A DNA stretch of 64,000 nucleotides from Tubiluchus corallicola (lineage: Eukaryota; Animalia; Priapulida): NCBI GenBank assembly GCA_030141605.1, contig JAQGDQ010000012.1, forward strand, positions 434,001 to 498,000, read 5' to 3'. The notes under the pieces were generated by a model. It was not told the origin of the DNA and ran no database searches. It worked only from the letters and a program-made list of their open reading frames with translations. The position numbers were made by a program, and so were the translations under genes. Positions 51,571 through 64,000 of this stretch are shown piece by piece (within the stretch, counting starts at the first letter, position 1; every line of letters starts with the position of its first letter).

Positions 51571-52084
51571 ACTTAGGTTATAGTGCTGAGACTTAAAGCG
51601 CAAGAAAACCCTTCACTTACATAAAGCTTAAAAATTTGTCTCGAAATTTCATGCCACTTACATACTACTTTTTCATATGCATGGCTTGCATTGGCCATAA
51701 CGCTGTATAAAACATGTAAATTTAACTCTCGTGATGACCATTAGCCGAAGTCATTTTAATGGTAGGTTGTTTGAAACAAGTTTTGATAACAATAAGCAAA
51801 GTTTGAAAAAATAATCAAAGCATTTGCAACATATATGTTGCTAATTTAGTAAAATTTTAAATTACTGTGTCTTGCCAATAAGATTAAAAATAGTTTTTGG
51901 CTAGTGAGTGGTGCACCCTGGAGGGTGAGTCAGCAACATTTTACCAATTGGCTGAAACATTTGAATTATTGGTCCAGTTACATAAGTCTTTCCAGCAGCT
52001 AAGTGAAATGCTAAGTAATGTAGATTTGCACGGAAAGTTTTTGGGTGATAATTTAACATTGCTTTTTCTTCCCCTGATTTACGT

Positions 52085-52115
52085 GGCATGGTGACGTCAT
52101 GTAATGGCGCCGTCG
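52085..52115. promoter_or_regulatory. Candidate housekeeping promoter core between septin and NUDT21
   Basis: Palindromic CRE TGACGTCA at 52092-52099 next to a YY1-like AATGGCGCC, in a locally CpG-rich patch between divergently oriented genes. Confidence 0.35.
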
Positions 52116-53960
52116 GAATAGTATTGTGGGATATATACAATGAAAACAAACGAAAATTCCTTTCATCGCGAATTCGATATGTGCATAAAATTGCTGTAAA
52201 GTAGTATAATTTTGTAATGCGAATTTTTGCAACCTACTTCTGGTGCCCCTTTTCTTGTCCTTTAATGCTTCAACTACAAGGAGATTTTGACATTCACTAA
52301 TCAAGGTTTGTATGCCAGACAGATATATTGTTGAATAAGTTGCATGTAGGATGTTGCATGTTGCATCAGGACCACTGATCATTAAAACCAAATTTCAATG
52401 CTCCATAATGCATCTTCACGTTTTCATAGCATTTGAAGCACCGCGAAAATGAAAAATGAATGAACAGCAACTAATAATAATAAAAAATGATGAGATTTTA
52501 TGACGCACGGAAGATTTTCATTTTACTTTTAGTATCTAACAGTGTCTTAACCTAAGTAGTACAGTGAGCTGCCTTGCAGCTTTTTTTGCATATAATGTAG
52601 AAAACATGTTTAGATACTTACTTCAGTGTTTAGAGAAGTTTTCATCTGTACAAACTCCAAGGAGTTTGACTGCACTTCAGCACTTTATTAGTTGAATAAG
52701 TTTCTTACTTTTCGGAAACGATTTGCTTGGATGACAAAATAGCCTGAAATTTGCTACAACGTTTAGAGTAGCAGTAGTTAGTGTTTTCCTATTTTCTGCA
52801 AGTGGAGGTTATGGTTGACGTTGCTCATTGCTGACAGTGCAAAATCTGTCTAACACAATTGTCGAACAAACATTAATTTTTACTAGTCTGTTGCCTTGAT
52901 AGATGCAAATTTTTACAGACAGATTTGCGATCTTTGTTTAACAGATTTTAATTTAGTATGCATACATTTCTGTTTGCAGCACTGCAAGCTCCTTTTGCTC
53001 GTGTGTGCAGGTTCAGTGTGACAATTTGCATCAGACAAAATCAGATCAGACCAATGAAATGCACAGTAAGTTTATCATATGTCATCGTGTAAATGTTTAT
53101 AATAACTGTGATTATGAATTACTTTGTCTGACACATATGAAAGCTAGCTACAGTGTGTGGGGGACATTTTGTCTGCGAAAATTTGCGTCAGACAATTTTG
53201 TGTGATTTTTTTACAGTATGCGACTGGTATAACTGAAAGAACACTTATTTTGCATTTTATCAAGCATTTTTACTCATATTATAATTTTGTTTGTTATTTG
53301 TATGCAAGTTGGACATGTTACTGAAGTGAGCATACTCTCCAATAGCTTAACCAATTTCCGTGCATGCGCAGCAGCAGTTCATGTCAGTATTATCACTAAC
53401 TCAAGAACAAAAAATAGAAAGAGTGAAAAAGAAATATCAAACGGTAAATTTGCTATCAAAACATGTAAAGAATATTGTTCAGATAAAAACACATTATTTT
53501 ATTAAGATTAAAAATTGTAGCCCTGAAGATAATTTGCTACAGCTAGGATAAGCTGCTTCTCACTCAGAGAGTATAACAATTTGCTACAGCTACATAGTCC
53601 AGTTTAACGAATATCAGAGAATATGTTGCATGTATAAAACAGTTGCTGCTAGCTAGTATACATATACATACTAGCTAGCTGCAGGGACAGCAAGGAGCTA
53701 GTTTGGAGTCTGGCGAAACAGAACTAAACTCAAGGTCGTCAAGCTAAATAAAATACATTTGACTTTGGGGTAAATTAACAGAGTTGTCATTCGGGTTGTT
53801 GCGCGCACCCGGTCTACTACTGACGAGTCTCACTCACAAAGCGATTTTAAGACTTGATTAATCAATTTTGTTAAACTTAAATTATATAGTTATTTCACAA
53901 AGAATAGACAAACGCTGCCATCAAAATTATTATATAGATATTATACCTTGACATTGTAAG

Positions 53961-54376
53961 TAAGTTTTTAGTGTCTAAACATTGTATCAAAGAAAGCGTA
54001 AATTTAATTAAAATCGTGATATTATTATTATAAGTGAAGCAAATCTCATTGTTAACGCTAAAGCCAAGTAGTGAATTACTAACTGAAAAGTAGTCCTTTT
54101 GTGGATTTGCAATATATTGCAACTATACAGAAAGAGAAATATGTGTCTTGTTTAAGGGGCAGTTGACAATTTCTTTTGGTTTTAAGTTTTTAGTGTCTAA
54201 AAATTTTATCGAAGAAGGCATAAATTAAAAGAAAGGCATGATATAAGTGAAGCAAATCTCATTGTTAATGCTAAAGCCAAGTAGTGAATTACTAACTGAA
54301 AAGTAGTCCTTATGTGGACTTGCAATATATATTGCACCTACACAAAAAGTGAAATATGTCTGTAGTTTAAGGGGCA
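53961..54376. repeat. Tandem duplication of an approximately 200-bp unit
   Basis: 53961-54161 and 54183-54376 share taagtttttagtgtctaaa...ataagtgaagcaaatctcattgttaa.gctaaagccaagtagtgaattactaactgaaaagtagtcct...gtttaaggggca. Confidence 0.9.
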
Positions 54377-55327
54377 CTGGGTACACTGTGATGCATCTGC
54401 ACGCTTTACGAAATCAGAGGACTGCATGCCTATCAATGACATGTAAGCTTCAACTGTGTTGACTACCTACTCCGGAAATTATTTTGTATTCACTTAATGT
54501 TATGTAAAAATTAATCATTAAAATGTGGAATATCAATTGTCTCAGAAGAGATTTGGTAAAAAGGATTTGTTTCTATATATCTTAATGCTTAAGGCAATCA
54601 CAAAAGTCAACACTTTTAACTCGATGTTGTATGGGAACAATTTATACAAAACCCATTATATTTGCATATCTCGGACACGCAAAAACATTGTCAATACAAT
54701 GAATGAATGAATGCATGCTTTCCCATCAGTGTGTATGTAAAGCAATTGGGCTAATCGATAAATACAGTGTATTTATGCATGTGACACGTGTAAATTCCCT
54801 TGTCTTCTGAGGAATTTGCATGCGAGTAATTCACTGAATCCACTTTTTGTTAAAATGGTAAAGCAGAAAATTCTGGCTAGTAGTATTGCTCAGACTTCCA
54901 CTGTCAATTTCAGTAGACCCGAATAGACAGCCTTCCTCAAAAAATGCAGACAACGTTTGAGTGTTTTAAGTTTGCCTATCAAATTTCACTGCCGACTGCT
55001 TAATTATAAAAACTAGGTTGTTCCATCTTGAGCTGCAGTGCAGTATAGTGTAATTACTTTTCTTTTAACGCTAGGCATTTTCTAAATAACTTAGTCAAAA
55101 AAAATGCAACCAGTCAAGTTATTGACATTTAGCCAAGAAGCAGGTGCCCATTTCAATAAATAGCTACACGGAAGAGCACAGTGCATCTACTGAAAAATGA
55201 AGACACGAAAATGAGTTTTCAAGGAACTAGGTTTATCGCTCAGTCTAAAATACGTATGTGTACACATTACATTATATATGAATTAGTAACTTCATTATAT
55301 TTGTGCCTCTTGCTTAAATTTAATGTA

Positions 55328-55907
55328 CAGTACATTACGTGTAACTCAAAAACCTTGGGACCGGAGTTATGCGAGGGTACGAGTTAGACAATGTTCATAG
55401 GAAAACAAGATTGGGTCGCTCATCAATGTCGGACAATATGCTGCAACCTGTGCAAATGACAAACTGAGCCTTTAATCAAAAATAAAATGACAAGTCAACC
55501 TCTATTGTAGTCTGAGTAGCATGGTTAGTAGAATTCGGCAATAATAATATTGTGATCCAGTTATTAAACTACTTTTGTTAAGCAGTGTTGTGTGTTGCAT
55601 TCTGCTAAGGTAATACAAGAAATTTTAGCATTTTTGCTGAAACTAGCAGGTAAAATATTAATGTGGCATGCACTTTTGCATGGGATTTATCGCTTGGGAG
55701 GTTTTTCGAGATTGAAGCGTACTTTCAATTAGATTCCTATAAATTGTACCGGGAATTCAGTTTGAGTTAACGCGTTGATTAGTAAAGAGAAAAATGAAAG
55801 GGAAAACCGTTTCACGAGATCTGTTCGAGATACGCAAGCGTTCAAGTTATAACGGATTGAGTTATGCATAGTTTACTGTAGTTTCATGAGTTATACATAG
55901 TTTACTG
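55328..55907. mobile_element. pogo/Tigger-type MITE with a tandemly duplicated right end
   Basis: Left TA|CAGTACATTACGTGTAACTCA. Right TGAGTTATGCATAGTTTACTG|TA ends at 55878 and is repeated 29 bp later, ending at 55907. Confidence 0.65.
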
Positions 55908-56171
55908 TAGTTTCATATTACCTTTAGCTGGCTTGGTTTCACTTTTGTTTTGGCTTGGTTCGAAGTTTCAGTTTGGAGTTCAGAATTTTTTTTATAGATT
56001 TAAGTCACTGACTTTGATATAATGCCTTATAGCTATTTTACAAGGAATTACTTCTCCAGCTACTTGTAGAAGTTGCAGTGTTAAGGAATGAAATTACAAG
56101 ACACCACATTTCTCCGCATAACAAGTTGATAATAGAAATTTTATTTTTTACCCTTTAGTGTTTGATACTGA

Positions 56172-56867
<696 letters not shown>

Positions 56868-58505
56868 AATCTCATTACACTTTGATTGTATGAAATGATT
56901 ACACACTAGCAGTTTTTACTGTGCAGAGTTGACAGCTGTGCCTGGTGGACAAGTATTGTTTTAGCAGTCCTAAACTTACAGGTATAGTGCAATGCTTGCA
57001 CCCTGGTGAACGTTACTTGATATAGTGTTTATGGGAAATACCTCTCTTCTGATGCATACCTTAATTTTTCCTAGGATGTGTGAAGTTTCTATACATGTTG
57101 CACGTTTATAGTAAAAAATAGTTAGCAGTTGTATTTTGTGTTTAAATAAAGATTTTAATGAAATTTTTGGATTTGTGTACTTACAGACTCTACACTAACC
57201 TAGTAACTTCCACTGTAGGGAGAGAAGAGTTTCACTTAAAATTTGTGTCTTTGAATACCCAGTGCATTGTAAATTGCATAAATTAAAATCTATCACAAGT
57301 GTATCTTAGCATTTGCAAGACTTCTTTGTAAATTAAATTCATAAGTACTATTTTGCCATAAACCTGTTGTCATTTACTATTGCTGTACTTACAATTGGAG
57401 TTACTCTTCATGAAGACTATGATGATGCAGTGATCAAGGCTTTTAGACAGTTGATCAGCTTTGCTGCTTGTGAATCTCAGGTAGCTGTCTCGCATTTTCT
57501 GTGAACTCATTGAACAGAACTTGCTCAACTCACTGAACTTCCTTCATCTTCTCTTTTTTTACCAAACATGGTGAAGATGCCTCTGCCCCTTATTGCTTAT
57601 TCATCAATCACTGTAGGCTTGGCCTGTCTCCAAAAAAGTAATAGTTTTAGTAGTTTTTATAATTACAGTTTTTGTGCTAGGACTAATATAATACCATTAT
57701 TCAAAACGTATTACCTTACCTGGAATTGAAAATATTGCATTTACTTCACTGCTTTTTATGCTCGATGCTTTTTCTTTGTAGCGTATATTCCTGGTTAATT
57801 GTGTGGTTTGACATCACATATTTTAAATTCAATTTTCATCATCCAAGTGGTGTATAATTTTGTAATAAATAGATTTATTACAGTCGAAAACTGATTCTGA
57901 AGATTGTAGTTACACAGAACAGCATTTTTCTGGTGGTGAATCCCTCATACTCAACATGGGTTGTGGCCTGAACTACATGTACAATAAGTCTAGAATAAAC
58001 AACATTTGAATACTGTTTTAGTATATTTTGAAGAATATAAGCAAGTGAAATGCACGTAGTATGTTAATTTCATGTACTAATTATCAAAATGTTGTATAAT
58101 TTACTGTATTTAGTAAACGCTGCATTAAAATGCACCACAAATACTCTCACATGCATGCTTGTGCATTTATTGAGAACTTATTAAATCTTCTTAGCAGCCA
58201 AACACCAAAAGCTGTTTTGGATTTCTTGTGTGACAACTCGGTTCATGCTCAGTTTTACTACGTGCTACAGCGTATTTGTTGTTGTTTCGTGTTGGCTAAT
58301 GCATTCATTGCCGTATAACCCAGTTACCCAATAAATGATTGCCATTGAGTTTTCTGACATCTTATTTAATTTTTTTCAACAGTACCTTACTTTGTACATG
58401 TATAGAGCTCAGTGGGATTACACTGTATGCCTTCTTTAAAATTTTGGTACAAAAGTACACATTAGTACAAGCCTACTAGCAGATTATAAAACTGTGACAT
58501 GTTTT

Positions 58506-58546
58506 ATGTGTGTGTGTGTGCACGCGCGCGTGCGTGTGTGTGTGTA
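58506..58546. repeat. (TG)n-(CG)n-(TG)n microsatellite
   Basis: tgtgtgtgtgtgtgcacgcgcgcgtgcgtgtgtgtgtgt seen directly. Confidence 0.9.
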
Positions 58547-58710
58547 ACTTCTGCAAAAAGCTATTGCACCTAAACTAATCGCCTTGGTTCAGGGAACTTA
58601 AACCTTGGTCATGTTGGGGTCAACAGAAATACCAAGAGCTAATGACACGGCTTTGGGGAATGTTTCTTCAACTATTTCATCAATTAGAGGACAGGTATGA
58701 CTTGGACGCC

Positions 58711-58900
58711 CTGTTGCAACTGATAATGTAATAATCGATATTGTAATACAGAAAAAAAATTAATGCATAATGCAAGTCCCCAAAACGTATAATGTAATAA
58801 GCCGAAGTTTAACGCATATTGTAAGACGACCAAAACGCATAAAGCAATAACAAAAATGTTAAAAAATAGCGTAATGACAAAATGTAATAATTATGTAACT
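58711..58900. repeat. Array of ACGCATAATGTAATAA-like motifs; probable DNA-transposon subterminal region
   Basis: About six degenerate ATAATGTAATAA units following TGTTGCAAC; no partner end was found. Confidence 0.5.
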
Positions 58901-61900
58901 AGCCGATTCAATGTTACTCTGTACCAGTGGTATAGTGCGGTGGGTATTATACGTGGGAGTAGCGCGTTTCCTTACTCTGGAAGAGGAGAGGGTCATGCTC
59001 ATACAGCGACCGCTATAGACTATAGACAGCTGCTTATATTTTTTCCTTTATAAAATGTACAATTTTATAAAAGCAGGAAGCATTGTAGGGCAAGAACAAC
59101 AGCGAGGGAAGAAAAACGAGTGCCTTGACATCAGCCAGCTGTTCGTTCGTTACTGGTTTTCAAAAAAGCAATAAAAATCTAATCTCGTATCCTTATTCTT
59201 GATTGAAATAGCGAGTCACGAATACGTTTCTAAATTTTGTTACTGATTCGTTATTTCAAACACGAGAAATTATTTAAAACATAAAAAATAAAGTGTTTGT
59301 TGAATTTTGGTTCCTATTACTTTCCCTCATTCAAATTTGAGAGTAAACATTTAGCCGTCTGCGAAAGATGTATCTGCCTAACTTTGTCACGGAGCCGTAA
59401 ATCTGTCATTTGTGAAAAACATAGACATGCATAAAATTGCCAAAGCTTTGAATGAATATTAGTAAAAGACCAACAGTAGTAATAGCAGCGGGAGTATGAC
59501 GATGATAGTGCAAAGACGATGGCTGATGCTGATTGCGTTGCCAACGACAAGGATGATGGTGATCATTTAAGCCGATCAGCTTCCTTAATAAATTAATAAG
59601 CAATTCTAAATCTTCCTCTGCTCCCCCACAAAAAACGGAATGCGTAGCTTGTTGATTCCTGCAACTGTATTCTGTTCAGATCCCATATAGTGAACTTACT
59701 GTGACTTGGCGCTCTGATAAAGATATTAGCATTCTTGAATTGCAAATTGCTAAGACAGTTGATGCAGTGTTACATGAAAGCATTGAACGTGTAGAAAATA
59801 GCTGCTGCTCCTTTTAACTGAGGAGAAGTGCATGTGACTTTGATATGATTCACAAGCTAATTCAGTAGCAAAAAGATGATGGCGAAATAAAATAGCTACG
59901 TCTAAGTCAAAGAATCCATGTAGTACTTTTTGTATAATTCAAACAGTTTGCAAATGTTAAAATAGTAAATTATATTCATTAAAATGAGTCAAACTGCGTT
60001 AACATTCGTACACACTTGCTACTGAAACAGCATTTCCTTGTACAGTTACTAATAACTGCTGTGCTTAAAGGTCAATCAGAATTATGAAAACCTCTGTTAT
60101 CTATAAAGTTCCCGTGGGGGGGGGCGTGATGTATGGATGAATAATATGAAAATCAAAAGAAATCAGTGCGTTGCAAGACAAAGGGCTATTAGCATTTCCC
60201 ACGCTTCATTGGTTTTCAGGGCTTAACTGGACGCTACACAGTAAAATCCTAAACTTAATGAAGCACGGTGGCAAATTAGTGTTGACTTTGAGCGACAAAT
60301 AACAAGTTAACTTTGTTTTGCCAGAATACAAACCATCCCGTATATGATCAATGATCAATATTGAAGCTATCAGTGTGACCTTGCGGATTCCTGGAATGTA
60401 CATATAGTTTATAAACTAAACAGTTTGCAAAACTGTAACTCATATAATGAAAGTCCATGTGCTTTGCAATTTTTGTTATTTTGTTTAAAATTAATAGAAA
60501 TGGTTGAATATAAATAAAATAATATTTTAAAAGTACCTTATAATTTTTTATGAAAGTTTTTATGCATTTATGCACATCGTTATCGTTAAAGATTGGAGGG
60601 CGTTCGTAGTGGTAATTATAGGCTCTAGGACTACGATTAAAAGTTTTTCACAAACAAACGCTATTTTCTGGAATTTGGTATTATTTCTGGAATCTATGTC
60701 GGCCAGGAAGAGCCGACTGGAACACCAACTTTAAGAAGTTAGTACATAACTCCAGGGTCCCGACTGCTAAGGTTACTGTTTGGAGGCGGAGGGCTGTATG
60801 GAATTGTTTATTTTGAAGGTCAAAAATCCGATTTTTAAACATTTTTGCTTATGTAGAAAATGTATACTGATTCACTAAACAAAAACCCTGGCTTAGTCAG
60901 AAGTCACACTAAAACCTCAAAACAGTTGAAAGTCAGTCCCAAGAGGAGATCCGATGGCGCAAGCGCAGAACAAAGAGAAACTGCATGGTTTGCGAAAAAT
61001 GTTAAGGATTTAGTAATAAGTGTGAGAAGCGCGTGTAAGTAATAAAATCATTGTAAATTCGCAATTATTTCACGTTTGGGCGTTCACATTTTAAACGCCC
61101 ATTCTTCCACCATTGACGTTCATCATTCATTGGCTGAAGAAAAGCAACGCACTGTCAATTTCCGACAAAAATATGTTTTTACAAAAAAACGCAGATAGCC
61201 ACTTTGGTGATATTTTCACATGAGCATATCAGGCCTTGCTGAAGAAGTTTGAATTAGCTTACGCTTACGGAAGCCACGATGTTGTTACGAAGCCACTAGT
61301 GACGTCATAATTTCGAGTGAGTGGCGGTTTCGCCACGCCTGAAAATTTATATACAGCAGTAGTATAAATTCACTTCATGCTTTACAGATAGCTTTTTGCC
61401 AATTTCTTTGAAATATTTTCCAAAGTTTAAGTGCTTACGGTAAAATGAAGACAACATGCTCTCCCATGAAATTACCTGTATTGTAAACACTGTAAATGAG
61501 TAGTAACACTAACTATTAAGCTTAATAATAGTACAAAATACTTGTAACAAAACTTTTTGTAATAAATGATTGTTTATTAATCATGTTACAAATAAAGCTG
61601 CTGGCTTCTTTTCTGCCCACTTGACTACAATTAGTTCTTGAAAACTCTTACAACAACACAGGTAACTGTTTAGCATCTACAAACAATTTTACTATTGTAA
61701 AATTAACTTTTCGCTTTTATTATAGCAATTACACACTAATATAATTACTATCAAGACCATAATAATATATTCGGCACTATAACAGCTGTTAATTGCAATT
61801 ACAATCCTACGACCTTGCAAAAGCAGCTAAATTTGCAAAGCTTTTACTAATTTCACATAAAGCCTAGTAAAACTAGTGTGCAAAGCCCATTTACTAGCTT

Positions 61901-63873
61901 TCTGATGGCCGATACATACAAGCATTAGGGTGGAGTAACATGATTAGCAAGACTGAATACTAGTCCTACACGATCAAGTTAAAAGGCTTTTCCCTCAAAA
62001 CTGGCTGTCGTTTTGAGAAACGAATACAAAATTTATGACAGTGATTACTTTGTTACACATTGAGTAACATGAAGGCAGCCTCAAATACATTAATTATGTG
62101 AACGGGCTGGAAGTATTAAGCAAGACCAAACGCGATCAAACACGGTACTTTCATTGGATTGAAGTTTCCAAATAAGTCACAACTGAAGTTAAATTATGTT
62201 TTGGTCTTAGGAAAATTGCAACACTATACAACATAGTTGCAGCTGCTGAGCCAGTAACACCATCTCTGCAAAGGAGGAACTATAATATAGTTTCTATAGT
62301 TCACAGCGAAGAGGACACCAGAACATAACTTAGTTTAGTCTAACTTGGTTCAGGCAAAGAAAGGAACAGACATCTCCTCTGGGGGGGGGGGGGGCAAAGA
62401 AAGCAATTACAAGTGCACAGTGTAAATTCCACAGGGCATATATTTTTCAACCAAGCTTAAGAATTACAGTGTAACACAACAGTATTGTCATATGCAGGAA
62501 AGTCTTTCCACAAATCACAATTAAACTTGCAACTAATGACATTGCTTGAATTCATGAACACTAACAAATTTAATCTGAACAAGAAACACAACCAATACCA
62601 AAGGTAAAACACGTTATTGTAGTTATATCAAACAATTACCTCTTTCAGTCACAATCAAAAGCAGCTGGACAAAATTCACAAATTTAAGTGCCACCAAACA
62701 GTATCTACAAACACCATGTTTCTGTGTACATGTAGTTAAAAATCGTTTTTGAAACATTGTAAACAAGTGCATCACAGCTACTGCAGCACAAAATAGCTAC
62801 ACAGGTAATATACAAAAGCATACTCATCATTCTAGCTATGTGCCAAATGACAAAGTCACAAACTCTTCAGGTTTGCAATCCTGAAACTATCACGCATTCT
62901 GCATTCTGCAGCAGAGACAACTTTGGATAGTAAACTTCTGCAGTTTTCCCAAACTTCTCCCAAATTCAGTCAGAAGCACACTTAAGGGTGTTTGTGAGAA
63001 ACTGCGACAATCTATTGTCAGTAATTTGCAAATAACAATTACAACTGCAATTCAAAAACATGGTGAAGCATTGGGTTTAATTTACATATTGTATTTAATA
63101 TGGATTACTTTGCAGTACTTAAAATACAAAGAATACCAGGTAACCTCAATCAATATAACTAATATCATGTACATAGTGTATAAATTACCTTCACTCACTC
63201 AAATGCAAGCATTAAAATAAAAGAGAAATAGTTTTTGAAAATGACGATTAAAAAGTTCAAAAGGTCAATTCATGCAAAGCAAATTAGTTTTTTTGCTCAT
63301 CAAAAGAAATAACATCATAAACATGAATGGCAAATGTATGAAAAATATCAATTTGTTAAAAGTGAATATTTTATCATACTGCACTTCCTCCAATAACACA
63401 GCCAGCAAACTTTGGCTATGAAAGCCTTCAGTACATACACCTTCTAATAAAATCGAAATGCTAAGCAAAAAAGAATTTTTTCCAATCCATTTTTGCACCT
63501 AAAATTATTAGGTAAATAAGATGCTCTCACATTAATCATTGCATGCACAATCATGGTTAACATGGAAAGCATTTTGTGAGTGTAATTCTGACACTGCTGC
63601 CCAATATTATATTGACACCACCCATTTTTCTTGCAAATTAACGTGAAAATAACATCATCCTGATAATTATAAATATGTCAGAAACTTATCATTGGCTTAA
63701 TTGCAGCAAAACTCGCTTTTAAAGTTTATCAACCGAGAAAACATAAACTCAGCAATTTCTGCTATATTTCAAGATTAACAATGTCGCAGGCTAAGAAATT
63801 GTCGCCAAGTGAACTACAATATGGGTTTACAATGACAACAACTACAACAAAAATGAACAATTTTACAATAAAT

Positions 63874-63999
63874 TCATGCAGGAGCCTCTTGCGTGTCTAG
63901 TGGCGCCTCTGTCCGCTGTCGCTTGGCATCGTCTACATTTGGCAGATTTTCACCGGATGTTTGAAGCTCTTCACTCAGCAAGCGTTTTGCTGGTAACAA
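63874..63999 (-). CDS. 3'-terminal coding segment of an unidentified gene entering from the right edge
   Basis: GC content rises abruptly. Open frame ...LLPAKRLLSEELQTSGENLPNVDDAKRQRTEAPLDTQEAPA-TGA, with NLS-like PAKR and KRQR. It is followed on the minus strand by about 2.3 kb of U-rich UTR-like sequence and AATAAA at 61573-61578. Confidence 0.6.
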   Translation of the reverse strand: MLPAKRLLSEELQTSGENLPNVDDAKRQRTEAPLDTQEAPA

Positions 64000-64000
64000 G

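Noticed and set aside
56868-57200. UGUA motifs in the NUDT21 3'UTR as autoregulatory CFIm25 sites
   Set aside because: Only a few are present, no more than expected in such AT-rich sequence.
57385-57630. Moderately GC-rich, exon-like patch downstream of NUDT21
   Set aside because: Short open frames on both strands with stops and no recognisable homology.
58720-58900. CRISPR-like repeat-spacer array
   Set aside because: Units are short, degenerate and irregularly spaced, the context is eukaryotic, and there are no cas genes.
59440-59820. Acidic peptide frames (REYDDDSAK..., IPYSELTVTW...)
   Set aside because: Short and not joinable into a gene model; probably TE debris.

Overview
AT-rich, intron-containing eukaryotic DNA, most likely from an invertebrate animal. 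There are no prokaryotic features, and most ORF-track entries are noise. Reading splice sites by eye gives seven protein-coding loci. (1) First coding exon of a divergent PP1-type Ser/Thr phosphatase (-, GC-AG donor; the rest lies left of the window). (2,3) Two complete tandem 9-exon ZDHHC2/15/20-family palmitoyltransferases (+, 11.3-21.6 kb and 24.0-33.5 kb). (4) An intronless MSP-domain membrane protein resembling the MOSPD2 C-terminal half (-). (5) A 10-exon SEPT6-group septin (-, 420 aa). (6) NUDT21/CFIm25 with an intronless CDS (+). (7) The last coding exon of an unidentified gene at the right edge (-). Introns and intergenic DNA hold a decayed Penelope-like retroelement bracketed by two tRNA-headed repeats, a third solo copy of that repeat, several TIR MITEs, a LINE 3' end and simple repeats. 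The best leads are all hypotheses: splice acceptors sitting just before start codons (possible SL trans-splicing), the tRNA-headed repeats around the PLE, the divergence between the ZDHHC paralogs, and two retrogene-like intronless genes. No clearly new biological system can be proven from the sequence alone. All coordinates and translations were made by hand.
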